Counted from the stretch's first letter, positions 7,631 through 18,129 are shown. The stretch is DNA of 64,000 nucleotides from a virus (IMGVR_UViG_3300021255_001866:25314-89313); one strand, 5' to 3'. Notes: generated from the letters alone by a model not told the origin. Program-made: numbers and translations.

Positions 7631-10606
7631 TTAACTAAGCATCTCTCTGAACCATCTGTACGTAACGTCGAGCCCTTTTGCAATCGCGTACGGCGCGCAA
7701 GACGATTCATCGTATTCCTGTACCTCCAAAAGTGCAGACGCTTTAGGATCATATGCTTTTCCGAAAAACCATGCATATGATTCTTCTACGTTCTCTCGGG
7801 CGCAAATTTTTCCATGGAGCGTTGTATGATCGATCGTTGATGTATTGTAATAATCGACCGGATCTCCATTTGTCCACGTAGTGTTTGCGTACCAAATTTT
7901 TGCCAGTTCATCAATCATGACGTTGAATTGGCTGCGCGTAGAAATCTTTTCTGCGGTAAAATATCCGAGAGAATACGAGCAATTATGCAGGTCAATATAA
8001 CAGTCTTTTGGATTATTGGCAAATCCATGAACTTGCATATAATCCGTGAGAGCTTTCGCTTCGCTTGCATATGTGGGGATAGTGAGCGTCGAATACGAGG
8101 GGTTGGTATTGTCGGTACATACACATTGCCTATTTGCATCATACAGTGGCAAATCTTCGTCTGGCACTTTCTGAGATCGGTCTGCATTATATGCCGCCGC
8201 AAGATAACGCCGATAATAGTCATAACTCCAGCGATCAAGGCATGGCACTATGCGATATTTTTTCCCTTTCAAAAATTCTGAATAAATTGTACCCGTCATA
8301 AATGCGCGTCTGAACATAGCATATAGGTTCCAGCAGGGGGATGCTTCTACGCCGTGGGTGCCCGCTGTTATATAGATAGTCGGGAGGTTGTCGTAAGTAA
8401 TATCTACGTTGCTCCCATAAGTCAGCTTGGGGTGTATATAATACGCTTTTACGGGTTTATAGTTTGCGCCGCTCGTATCTATAGAATATCCAATTGTTTC
8501 TCCCGCATCAATATATTGTGGATATTTAGCCTGTAATGCGTCCCATAGCGCGTACACAACATCGCTCGATATTGTCCTAAACCCGCCAGGATGATCACCC
8601 CAAGCTGTCGAGTTGCCGATTGTCACGCCGATTTCGCCGAGCGACGCAATCATTTCATCGTTTTCTTCCGATGGGACGTGCAAAAGGAAATCGCTATTTT
8701 GCCACGCATATTGTTGTGCGATCGTCGGAATGTTTGTGATAGTGCGCCATTCGTCAAACCGACCGCTGTCAATCATGATGTGACGTAACCAGATTTCGGT
8801 ATATCCGTTTGTAGCCAATACCTGATATACATGATTTGAGTTGTGTGTATTAAATACAGTCAGCAAACCGGTTGTATCAAATTGTTGCGGCTTGTTGAGC
8901 AAACTACGTCCAATAACAGTTGTTCCGATTCGCCATTGCCCCGGTTGGACATAATCGTTGAGATCGTCGCCAGATTCCACAGCGTCGTCTGTTATTGGGG
9001 ACAAATTAAATCTGCTTGCGATCTCCTGTTGCAATGCGGTTATCGTACTTCCTTGTGTTATTTCCTGCCACTCTTTGAAGTAGGTTCCGTTGTAATAGCG
9101 CACATATATCCCAACGCTATTCATCAAGCCTGTAGCATTGGCTATATATATCTGCACACAAGTAGACTTCGACGATGTATTTGATACGATAAGTTTGCCG
9201 CTACGAGCCAGCGGCATATTAGCAACAGTGTTCGCTATTTCCTGTGTATTCACGGCATACTCACCGGGAGAAGTATAATCGTTAAAATCATCGTTGGCTG
9301 CGACGCTATCCTTTGGAACAATGGTCTTCAGTGCTGAATCGGCAACTTGTTCCACCAAACGTAGATCAGCCTCTATGTCCTCGTTGCTTTCAGCGGATAG
9401 CATAATTGGATTTACAGTCTCATCAACGGTATGACTGGAATTAACCCTAAGGAGTACGTTTATTGCCGTAGCGTTTTCCGGCAGTGAGAAAGTTCCGTCA
9501 TTATAAAAATCATAATTACCGAGTGACGTACTTCCGTTGTATGGCGTAAATCTTAGCCGCACATTTGCGCTGCTGTACTGTACGTTATACGTTTTACCGG
9601 GGACAAATCCGGTTGGCAGCGGCACGGGGGCACCAACCGCACCAATCATGAAATTGAAGGCCGCTGAACTGGATGTGCTGCCCTGAACTCTACATTTTCC
9701 ATCCGCATCCCACTCCCAAGTAATCCCTGATTGTGTATAATCAACGCCGCGCGGCAAAAGGTTAACTGAATTATATTGGATTAAGACGTTCTTTACATCA
9801 CTTGTTTGGCGATTTAAGTTGCTTACATCATTTGCAAGCGCCACTTGTGTCCAATCATCTGGATCAAACGCCGGTGTAGCCACTCCACTATTATCAACTG
9901 CTTGAATACATCTATACAGATTATCATTATAAATACAATAATCCCCGACTGCATAAGTAGTTTTCGCCCCAAACAAATCACCAATCATATCGGTATCTGC
10001 TTCATTATCACGAACTCTTTGTAATTCTACTTCTAAAGTTGTTGCAGTAAAATGTGTCGCGTTCCATGCTGCTGCATTATGTGCAGTGGTACATCTATAA
10101 AGTGTTCTGGTAGTAATTCCATTCGCAGTAGTCGCGTAAAATACTAAATCTCCAACTCTATAGTCTACACTTGCGCTAAAGTCGCCAGTGATACACCCAT
10201 GCTCAACTTTGCGACTATCAACCGCATTTAATGCAGTTTTGGTGCCGCCGCTCTGTACAGCATTTGTACTTCCTAAAGTTGGTGCGGCATCTACATTATA
10301 AATTGGACTGTTTTCATCATTATCAATCCATAAATCCCCTACTCGTGGATTGGCTGGAGCGCTCGCTTGACTTGGTGGAATATCGAGTTTTCTATCTAAT
10401 TCTGCGCCCATATTTGTTTCTACAAAATGGGATGCATTCCATGCACCAGCCGCATGAGCAACTGTACATCTATATAATTTACCTTGGTAAGTGCAATAGT
10501 CCTTTACTTTGTAGGCGGTCGATGTATTAAACTCGACCGCCGTAAGTGGGACTCTTGCTGTTTCTTGACCTGGTAATGTTAAACTATGAAAAGTTTTCTC
10601 TGCCAT
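7631..10606 (-). CDS. Tail-associated protein: three CBM-like repeats, two knob-like repeats, C-terminal M14-type zinc peptidase domain
   Basis: Three Y.V.D....LYRC...W/F repeats; repeats DDFNDYTSPGEY and DDLNDYVQPGQW; IYITAGTHGVE, DANRQ and YIDLHN resemble M14 metallocarboxypeptidase motifs. No TAG. Confidence 0.7.
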   Translation of the reverse strand: MAEKTFHSLTLPGQETARVPLTAVEFNTSTAYKVKDYCTYQGKLYRCTVAHAAGAWNASHFVETNMGAELDRKLDIPPSQASAPANPRVGDLWIDNDENSPIYNVDAAPTLGSTNAVQSGGTKTALNAVDSRKVEHGCITGDFSASVDYRVGDLVFYATTANGITTRTLYRCTTAHNAAAWNATHFTATTLEVELQRVRDNEADTDMIGDLFGAKTTYAVGDYCIYNDNLYRCIQAVDNSGVATPAFDPDDWTQVALANDVSNLNRQTSDVKNVLIQYNSVNLLPRGVDYTQSGITWEWDADGKCRVQGSTSSSAAFNFMIGAVGAPVPLPTGFVPGKTYNVQYSSANVRLRFTPYNGSTSLGNYDFYNDGTFSLPENATAINVLLRVNSSHTVDETVNPIMLSAESNEDIEADLRLVEQVADSALKTIVPKDSVAANDDFNDYTSPGEYAVNTQEIANTVANMPLARSGKLIVSNTSSKSTCVQIYIANATGLMNSVGIYVRYYNGTYFKEWQEITQGSTITALQQEIASRFNLSPITDDAVESGDDLNDYVQPGQWRIGTTVIGRSLLNKPQQFDTTGLLTVFNTHNSNHVYQVLATNGYTEIWLRHIMIDSGRFDEWRTITNIPTIAQQYAWQNSDFLLHVPSEENDEMIASLGEIGVTIGNSTAWGDHPGGFRTISSDVVYALWDALQAKYPQYIDAGETIGYSIDTSGANYKPVKAYYIHPKLTYGSNVDITYDNLPTIYITAGTHGVEASPCWNLYAMFRRAFMTGTIYSEFLKGKKYRIVPCLDRWSYDYYRRYLAAAYNADRSQKVPDEDLPLYDANRQCVCTDNTNPSYSTLTIPTYASEAKALTDYMQVHGFANNPKDCYIDLHNCSYSLGYFTAEKISTRSQFNVMIDELAKIWYANTTWTNGDPVDYYNTSTIDHTTLHGKICARENVEESYAWFFGKAYDPKASALLEVQEYDESSCAPYAIAKGLDVTYRWFREMLS

Positions 10607-10620
10607 TAAATAAGTCCTCC

Positions 10621-12288
10621 TTAAGCAAGACTAATGGTTAAATCACCGTTATCATTTAAAAAATTCAATTTATTTTGTTTTTGAATAATAGAATTATTAA
10701 TTTTTAAACTACTCCAAGTTTTATTGTTCACTGTAGTACTATCATTAATAACTCCAGCATAGTCTGATGGAAATACAAAATCAAAGTAACATGTATCATC
10801 TACAATTCTAAGTGACACATTAAAAGCATTTCCTGAAGTAACATTACCTATAGCAAAGGTAGTGGCTTCAGCAGATACTCCACCAGTTGGCCCCATAATT
10901 GAATAAGTTGGCATCCATACTTCGCCGTTAGAACCATAGAATTTTAAATATCCATCTTGTGTAGTTTCAATATTAACAATATTTATACCACTTGGCCCTT
11001 GTGGTCCTTGTGGTCCTGTAGCTCCAGTGTCGCCTTTTGCACCAGTGTCACCCTTTGGTCCAGTTTGGCCAATGGCACCAGTAGCACCAGTATTTCCTCT
11101 TGGGATATCAAATTCAAAAATAAATTGTTTTTCTCTTGGCCTGTCTGCTTCTACTTCAGCATCAGTTGCCGTAATACGGACGGCCGCGTTTGTTCCAGGT
11201 TCAAGAGTGTTAACAGTTCTTACAGTGACATCATTAGAAATGCCAGTATAAATACCTCTAGGTATTCCCAGAGCGAAATCAAAGCTCTTCTATAAATTAC
11301 TTACTTCTCCACTTGCCGCTTGTCCTGGTACATCACGGACTTGTACACTTGCTGTTGGATCTTCAGTATATGGAAGTGGAGTTACACTAATAGTAGCATG
11401 TGGTTTAACGGATGGTAAAGTAAAATCAAAATGATATTTATTATTATCATCATTATAATCAGCCGTTACCTAAGCCGGTTTACCAGGATCTGCTGTAATA
11501 ACTGAACCAACAGACGCATTACCAAGAGCTTCCATATACCATTTTGCATTATTATGCCATGCCGGGTCTGCGAAAGATGCAGTAACTTGAATTAAGTCAC
11601 CACGGACTGGTGTACCTGTAATTGTAAAGCCTAACGCGATCATGTCAACAATACGGTTATTGTATCCATATTCCCAGCCATTGGTAGTATAAGTAAATGT
11701 ATATACAGTCACTTTATTAATAGTAGATGGATCTATATTATTTTTAAACGTTTCAAAGTTTAACGAAACATTAAGACCACTGGTATGGTAAATACTATAG
11801 GAATCTCCAAGTACATCTTCTGTACTTCTTTTTCCTTCGGCCCATGCTTGCGCGCTCTCGATAATACTACCAGCTTGGCCTACCATGTCGTAAAGATACC
11901 CGAATGCTTCTGACTCAAGCGCACCTTCAACAATATTTGGAGCGGCTTGAACATCAATTATAAAACTAACAGTACCAATACGTGTGGCGCCCGCCGTAAG
12001 AAGTATATCTGCGTAGCAACGACCAGAAGTCGATAAATCACTCGATGTAAAAGTGATTACTACTTTATGTTCGGATGGATATATATCTGCACTATTCCAT
12101 CCAGCTTGCCCATTGGGCTTACGAATACGATAAGACGCCGTGGCCGTTTCGGGTATCTGAAAAGGTTCGCCATTCTCTAAAATTGTTGCTGTTAGAGTAC
12201 GGCCAATATGATCACCCTACTTTGCACCAACGACAAGATAAGATGTATTCGTATTCAAATCTAGAGTTATGTCTTGATTATAGATCAT
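10621..12288 (-). CDS. BppU-type baseplate/tail protein with collagen-like repeat (555 aa, 3 in-frame TAG)
   Basis: One frame from ATG 12288 to TAA 10621, joining track fragments 11470-11886 and 10621-10914. Contains the BppU motif VGAK(TAG)GD, TAGs at 12217, 11470 and 11290, and Gly-X-Y repeats at about 10990-11095. Confidence 0.85.
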
Positions 12289-12481
12289 GGCTTGCCCTTG
12301 AAATGAAATAATTAGTTCTTTCGAGATTAAGTTGGGGTAGGGTGAGGAGATTATAAAATTGGGGTAATTTATAGAATTCTTTAATTACCAAGTCATTACT
12401 CTAAACTTTTTCCAAACTTCTCTTACTTCTAAATATCAGATGACCAAAAGTCTGATAATAATCTAAAGGAGGTATTTTTAT

Positions 12482-13105
12482 ATGGAAAATACCGATTTTA
12501 TTTTTGAACTCCCAGAAGATCTCTTCGATACGAAGCTTCCAAATAGCTTCTATTTAAAATATTATAATGACCTCAAAAATCGTATTATATGGATCAACGA
12601 AGAAATTACTGGTGATTTAACTCATGAGCTTACGCATTATATTATTCAATGGAATCGAGAAGACCGCAATATTTCGGAAATGGATCGCAAGCCAATAAAA
12701 CTTCTCTTTGATAGCCCCGGTGGGGAATTAGATGCGCAAGCTGCAATATGTAGTATGATTGAACTTTCAAAAACACCAGTTATTGGTATAGCCATCGGTA
12801 TGGTTGCTTCGGCCGCTTCTTATATATATCTTTCATGTCATGTGCGGCTGGCCCTAAAATCAAGCTACTTCATACTTCACAAAGGTAGTGCAAACCTTAC
12901 TGGTGATTTTGACAATATAATGAACTCTATTGATGACTACAAAAAAGAAATTGATAAGTTAGTCAACTTTATAATAGAGAAAAGTACCTATACGAAAGAA
13001 GAAGTAGAAGAGCATATCAAGAAAGACTGGTATGTTAGAGCGCCGCAAGCTGAAGAAAAAGGTTTAGTTGATGAAATCATCACAGATATTAATGTTTTTC
13101 TTTGA
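12482..13105 (+). CDS. clpP: ClpP-like protease subunit
   Basis: FDSPGG, GMVASAAS (catalytic Ser), ILHKGS (His). Confidence 0.85.
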   Translation: MENTDFIFELPEDLFDTKLPNSFYLKYYNDLKNRIIWINEEITGDLTHELTHYIIQWNREDRNISEMDRKPIKLLFDSPGGELDAQAAICSMIELSKTPVIGIAIGMVASAASYIYLSCHVRLALKSSYFILHKGSANLTGDFDNIMNSIDDYKKEIDKLVNFIIEKSTYTKEEVEEHIKKDWYVRAPQAEEKGLVDEIITDINVFL

Positions 13106-13115
13106 GGTGAACTAA

Positions 13116-13940
13116 GTGTATACTGGCTATAAAGAGTTTGTTTACTCTAACAATGATATGTCAAACTTCTACACAGATCCAAGCTTATTGGCTTCTCAAT
13201 TTAAAGAAAACGAATATCTTCTTATAAGTGATGCTGATGGTAAAGTAGTAGATAAATACTGTTTTCAAAACGGTCAATTTAGACAAGTTCGTTTTCCTAT
13301 GATTACCAATAAGTATTCTAAACCCATTAAACCGCGCAATGACCATCAAGTTTTAGCATTAGATTTACTTCAAGATAGAACTTCTAAAGTGAAAATTTTG
13401 CGTGGTGTATACGGAAGTGGTAAAGACTTCCTTATGCTTAATCAAGCACTTGAATTTGTTGAGAGTGGCCTATTCGAGAAAATCGTCTATATTCGCCCCA
13501 ACGTAACTGTCGCAAATGTTCCCGAAATTGGCTACTTAAAAGGAAGCGCCGAAGAAAAACTCGAATGGACTCTTGGCCCACTCTACGACAAGGTTGGCGG
13601 CAGAGATGGTATTCAACTTCTAATGGACAATGGACAATTAGAAATGGTTCCACTTCTCCATATACGCGGCCGCAGCTTTGACAACAGCATAATGTATGTA
13701 TGTGAAGCACAAAATATCACAAGCGAAATTGCAAAGCTCATTATAAGCCGTGCTGGAGAGAATACCGAGATCTGGTTAAACTCTGATACACACCAGGTTG
13801 ATCATAAAACCTATGAGAAAGATAATGGCATTACCAAAATGATTGATAAATTGAGTGGTAATAAATTATTTGGATATGTCTATCTACCAAAAACGGAGCG
13901 CGGGCCAGTTGCAGAATTGGCTACTCTGTTAGATGACTAA
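13116..13940 (+). CDS. phoH: PhoH-family ATPase
   Basis: GVYGSGKD, IRGRSF, CEAQN, IISRAGENT. Confidence 0.85.
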   Translation: MYTGYKEFVYSNNDMSNFYTDPSLLASQFKENEYLLISDADGKVVDKYCFQNGQFRQVRFPMITNKYSKPIKPRNDHQVLALDLLQDRTSKVKILRGVYGSGKDFLMLNQALEFVESGLFEKIVYIRPNVTVANVPEIGYLKGSAEEKLEWTLGPLYDKVGGRDGIQLLMDNGQLEMVPLLHIRGRSFDNSIMYVCEAQNITSEIAKLIISRAGENTEIWLNSDTHQVDHKTYEKDNGITKMIDKLSGNKLFGYVYLPKTERGPVAELATLLDD

Positions 13941-13941
13941 G

Positions 13942-13967
13942 TAGAGGGGCTTCTGCCCCTCTATTTT
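13942..13967 (+). terminator. Rho-independent terminator
   Basis: TAGAGGGGC-TTCT-GCCCCTCTA followed by TTTT. Confidence 0.75.
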
Positions 13968-13982
13968 ATAAAGGAGGAAGAA

Positions 13983-15728
13983 ATGGCACAAGCAAAAGTG
14001 AATATACCATATCCTCACACAAGCATTGAAAACCCTATTGCTTATAACTGGGGTAATGACGATAGTTGGGCTGGGCAGTTTTGGGAAAGAAGGCGGCAAG
14101 CCGTTATTTCAAAACTAACTGGGTCAAGAGTTAATTATGATGATAATCTTTAGGATTTACGCATATTGGGCGAACGCATGAAGGCATTGGGTGAAGCCGA
14201 AAGATAGAAAGAATTGAATTTATTACGCCGCGCGCTCCCAGATTTTGATTTTTCAAATATAGATGAGAATCAATTGATTCAAAAATTGAATGAAGTAATA
14301 CGTGGGAAGGAATAGTTTGAATTTGCTTTATAGAGAATTGAAGCGGCAATGAATCATGGTGGTACAATTGCAAAGACTACAAATGAACCATTCAAAGGTT
14401 TGGCGCCTTCTATGGCATCTGTTTTTCTTTCGTATTTAACTACAGAAATGGTAGCTGTCTTCAATTAGTTTGCATAGTAGTTAAATATTAATGATTCAGT
14501 TTCATAGTGGGATGTATATTTAGAATAGCATTTTAATGAAGCTGTAGATATTGCTATGCGAAAAATGTTAGAAGAATCACGTGTTGGTAAAGAAGTAGAT
14601 AAGATCTATGGAGATGCCGATCAATGGCGCGCAATTGGTGAAGCATATAGAATGTTAAAACCATTTCAAGATTAGTTTAAATCCATGTTAAGATCAAAAT
14701 TAAACTTAGATGAACTAAAAACTGCCTTTACTAATGGTGAAAATAGTGCTATATTAGCAAAAGCACAGCGTGGTAATAAACGAAGCGGTTTTAGCACATA
14801 TTTACGAAAAAATTTGAAATGGGATAAGCGTACTGCAAGTATTGGTGGTTCTGTTGCTGAGTATTTAAATACATTGATTGCTAATATGGTTCCAAAAGGC
14901 GGCACTATAACGGATAAGGCCACTGTTGTAGTTGAAGGTGAAAAAGTACGTACTGATACTGTAGGTGTATATCAATTTACAGTTGAGGGTGAATTTGATG
15001 CCGCTGAATTAGCAAATGATTTAAATAATGTACTTACAAGCGCGGGCGGCCTATCGGATGCCGCAGAAGGATTGCGAAATTTCTATAACAGAAATTTGAG
15101 AAATTTAAACGATACGTTTATAATATATACCAGTACGAAAAACTACTCTTTAGGTAGTGGTTTTAGTGGTTTTCATAATGGTAGTAATCTTCCTCTTAGA
15201 CGACTTCCAGAATATATTGATGCGGCCGGAATTAGTGCTGATGTAGGTCAAGATTTTGTTTATACTGCATATAATACACTTGAAAGTGCAGTGTTTGAAG
15301 ATGAACGTGAAGATATAAGGTAGAATATCGTCAATATTTTAACAAGCGCCGCCGCAAAGTTAATGTTTGATGATTGGCAAACAATCGGTGTTCCTAATGT
15401 AGGTGCGCAATCGATCCATGTATTTGATTTGGATGGTATTTCTATTCCAGCGAGCTTACTATTTATTAGACTTGGAACTGCTATGATGACGGCGGTTAAT
15501 GAAATGAAAACATGGGTATCTGTACGTGTTCACTTACCACATACTGTCTTGTATCACCCTGATGATTGGAAAACTTTTGGATCTACCAATGAAGACATTA
15601 AAAAGGGCATCTATCAAAAATGGGAAGAACAAGCAAAAATGGCGGAAAAGGAATCTGAATTTTCAGTGAAGTTTCTTTATAATTTTAAATCTTTGATGCG
15701 TTCTTTAATTAGCGGCGTTTCTATTTAA
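13983..15728 (+). CDS. Hypothetical 581-aa protein with 11 in-frame TAG
   Basis: AGGAGG RBS; one frame free of TAA/TGA from 13983 to 15728, joining track fragments 14685-15323 and 15363-15728. Confidence 0.8.
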
Positions 15729-15947
15729 ATTTGATTCTTTTAAAAAAATATAGTATAATAATTATAGAATAAAGAGTGATTGAATGAAGAAAATATAAGA
15801 TGAACTATAAGGGAAGGAACAAGAAATGACAACTATAACGTATTTTAAGGACTGGGATTTCTATAGAGTATGGGAGAATGGAAAAGTAAGATATTGTACG
15901 CTTGAAGAAGTTTTGTATATACTATCTACTAAAGAAGGAACTAAGAT

Positions 15948-16769
15948 ATGAAGTATATGGTTACAGGGGATTGTCATTCTGTTTTCACACGTTTTGCCAA
16001 TCTCCCCAAAGATGAAGAAATAGGTATGATAATTTTAGGAGATGCCGGTTTTAATTTCTACCTTAATAAAACTGATGCACGAAAGAAAAAAGAAGTTTCT
16101 GAAAACTATCCTAATATTACTTTTTATTGCGTACGCGGCAATCATGAAGCGCGGCCGCAAGATATTCCCAATATGAAACTCAAATATGATCCAGATGTGG
16201 ATGGAATGATCTATATGGAAGATGAATATCCCAATATTCGATACTTCAAAGATTATGGCATTTATACAATTAATGGATATGATTGTGCTGTAATTGGTGG
16301 CGCTTATTCTGTTGATAAATACTGGCGTCTTATGCGTGCTGGCATCACTTCTAAACTCGATAAAGACTATTATAACCCAAAAAAGACCGGATGGTTTTGG
16401 AATGAGCAGTTGACTGCGGAAGAGATGGATCGAGCAGCCGCATTGTTCAAAGGGCAGCACTTTAGTTTTGTCTTTTCGCATACTTGCCCTTTTGAGTGGG
16501 AGCCAAACGATCTTTTTCTTTCACAAGTAGATCAAACCACTGTTGATAAGTCTATGGAATTTTGGATGGATAAAATCAAAAATACTTTTGAAGGGGAAGT
16601 ATGGTTGTTCGCACACTTCCATGCTGATCGTATTGAGCGGCCGCACGTTGAAATGTATTATCATGATATGGAAGAACTCAATGAAATATATAATCGCTGG
16701 AAAAGATATGATGCTACCGGCGAACTTGAATGGCATTTGGTTAAAAGTCCGAATTTCTATATGACTTAA
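15948..16769 (+). CDS. Calcineurin-like metallophosphoesterase
   Basis: GDCH, GD, GNHE, SHTCP and AHFH motifs. Confidence 0.85.
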   Translation: MKYMVTGDCHSVFTRFANLPKDEEIGMIILGDAGFNFYLNKTDARKKKEVSENYPNITFYCVRGNHEARPQDIPNMKLKYDPDVDGMIYMEDEYPNIRYFKDYGIYTINGYDCAVIGGAYSVDKYWRLMRAGITSKLDKDYYNPKKTGWFWNEQLTAEEMDRAAALFKGQHFSFVFSHTCPFEWEPNDLFLSQVDQTTVDKSMEFWMDKIKNTFEGEVWLFAHFHADRIERPHVEMYYHDMEELNEIYNRWKRYDATGELEWHLVKSPNFYMT

Positions 16770-16772
16770 TTT

Positions 16773-16824
16773 TGACTTTTTAATAAATCTATAGTATAAT
16801 ATATATAGAAAATGAGAAAGGGAG
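16773..16824 (+). promoter_or_regulatory. Representative of a repeated sigmaA-like promoter/leader motif
   Basis: TTGA(T/C)T-N16/17-TATAAT-ATATATAGAAAAT(G/A)AGAAAGG; copies with -35 at about 16773, 18823, 20436, 21381, 24284, 26645, 27946, 29472, 34195, 37182 and 38379. Confidence 0.8.
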
Positions 16825-16831
16825 CTAAGAA

Positions 16832-17035
16832 ATGAGAGATCCTAAACGTATTCCACGTATCCTTCATGAAATTCAACGTGTATGGGAAGCCTTTCCCGAT
16901 TTGAGACTTGGACAACTTCTACTCGATGCTTATGATGATGCTCTTTATTATATCGAAGACGAAGATCTTGTACATGAACTACTAGAATTTGGATATAAAT
17001 ATGCAAAGGAGACCCTTGATGGCGAAAAGAGATAA
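16832..17035 (+). CDS. Small hypothetical phage protein
   Basis: MRDPKRI...VWEAFPDLRLGQLL; follows a promoter and RBS. Confidence 0.65.
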   Translation: MRDPKRIPRILHEIQRVWEAFPDLRLGQLLLDAYDDALYYIEDEDLVHELLEFGYKYAKETLDGEKR

Positions 17036-17167
17036 AAACCGTTCGTATAATGAATGGGAAGACGATTGGAAAGATCCCGAAGAAGAGCAGAAGAAGAAAC
17101 GTGAAAAAGAACGCCATGATCAGAGAACTCGTAAATATATGGCAGCAGATGATTGGGATGATATAGA

Positions 17168-17455
17168 ATGAAGAGAGTCGGACCGGAAGATATTATCCAG
17201 ATCAATGAAGCATATCTGGCATGTGGTACTTATAGTGGCGCGGCGGCAGCTACTGGATGGTCAGCTTCAACGGTAAAGAAATATGTTGATCCAAATTATA
17301 AAAGTCAACCAGTAATAACAGAAGATGAAGTTGATATTGAACTTCCACCGCTCTCTCAAGTTGCCGAATGGCTGCCGCCTTGGTATGATATTACTTGTTT
17401 GACGCCACAAGAAGAGAAAGAAATCAAACAGCTCTGGAAGGAGATGTTGGTGTGA
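17168..17455 (+). CDS. Small HTH-containing protein
   Basis: TYSGAAAATGWSASTVKKYV helix-turn-helix pattern. Confidence 0.55.
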   Translation: MKRVGPEDIIQINEAYLACGTYSGAAAATGWSASTVKKYVDPNYKSQPVITEDEVDIELPPLSQVAEWLPPWYDITCLTPQEEKEIKQLWKEMLV

Positions 17456-17766
17456 AAACCTATTTTGAATTTCGTGAGACAAGTAATAATGGTTGGACTA
17501 TTTGTCCAGTTCATAAAGAGTGGATTGGAGAAGATTTCTCAAAGCCGATAAAAGGTAGTTTTAATTTGTTAGCTTGTAGGGTGTCTGGACTTAGCTGGCC
17601 GCAATGGCTTCGGTATTGTCGTCAAAATGGTGCTTCTTTATATGGGAAGGGACATAAATATGTAGTGGCTGTATGGAGAGAACCGAATAAAGCTTTCCTT
17701 ACAAAACTTAACCAGCGGGCTAATGACCTTGCGAAGATTATTGATTTTAAGGAGTTGAATCTATAA
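17452..17766 (+). CDS. Hypothetical protein
   Basis: GTG start overlapping the upstream stop; intact ORF. Confidence 0.6.
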   Translation: MKTYFEFRETSNNGWTICPVHKEWIGEDFSKPIKGSFNLLACRVSGLSWPQWLRYCRQNGASLYGKGHKYVVAVWREPNKAFLTKLNQRANDLAKIIDFKELNL

Positions 17767-17900
17767 TGGATAAGCAGATCTTTAAGAAGACTGGCGAAGA
17801 ACTTCAAGAGTTTTTGAATTTTAGGAAGAGAGCCAATAGAGTACCAAGTAAGAAGGGTAAAGGTTCATATAATCGTAAAGATTTTAAGAAGGGAGAATAG
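17766..17900 (+). CDS. ArfA-like (alternative ribosome-rescue factor-like) 44-aa basic peptide
   Basis: MDKQIFKKTGEELQEFLNFRKRANRVPSKKGKGSYNRKDFKKGE carries the KKGKGSY.RK signature of ArfA; start overlaps the upstream stop (TAATG). Below the ORF-track size cutoff. Confidence 0.6.
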   Translation: MDKQIFKKTGEELQEFLNFRKRANRVPSKKGKGSYNRKDFKKGE

Positions 17901-17901
17901 G

Positions 17902-18114
17902 ATGGATGTAAAGCTATGCCCGAGATGTAATAAGTTGCCAAATATTAAGGTGAAGCATAAACTTAGATATATGTGTGTTATGAGTTGTGGTACACTTGGG
18001 TGCAAGTTGTATTATCCCATTATTACACTTGGTTTTAATAAAGAGAAGACAATGAAGAAGGCGGCCGAGCGATGGAATGCTGCGGTTGATAGATATGATG
18101 ATTTAGTTCTATAA
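17902..18114 (+). CDS. Zinc-ribbon protein (Lar-like)
   Basis: CPRC...CGTLGC and a C-terminal AAERWN. Confidence 0.55.
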   Translation: MDVKLCPRCNKLPNIKVKHKLRYMCVMSCGTLGCKLYYPIITLGFNKEKTMKKAAERWNAAVDRYDDLVL

Positions 18115-18129
18115 AGGAGAGTGATGTAA

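Noticed and set aside
3108-10606. Diversity-generating retroelement acting on the tail genes
   Set aside because: No reverse transcriptase and no template/variable repeat pair differing at adenines were found in the window.
12482-13940. ClpP and PhoH as a novel system
   Set aside because: Both are common auxiliary genes of large phages, and nothing in their sequence or context looked unusual.
13983-15728. TAG-interrupted genes as pseudogenes or sequencing errors
   Set aside because: Interruptions are exclusively TAG, in frame, at Gln-compatible positions and across many essential genes, and a matching suppressor tRNA is present.
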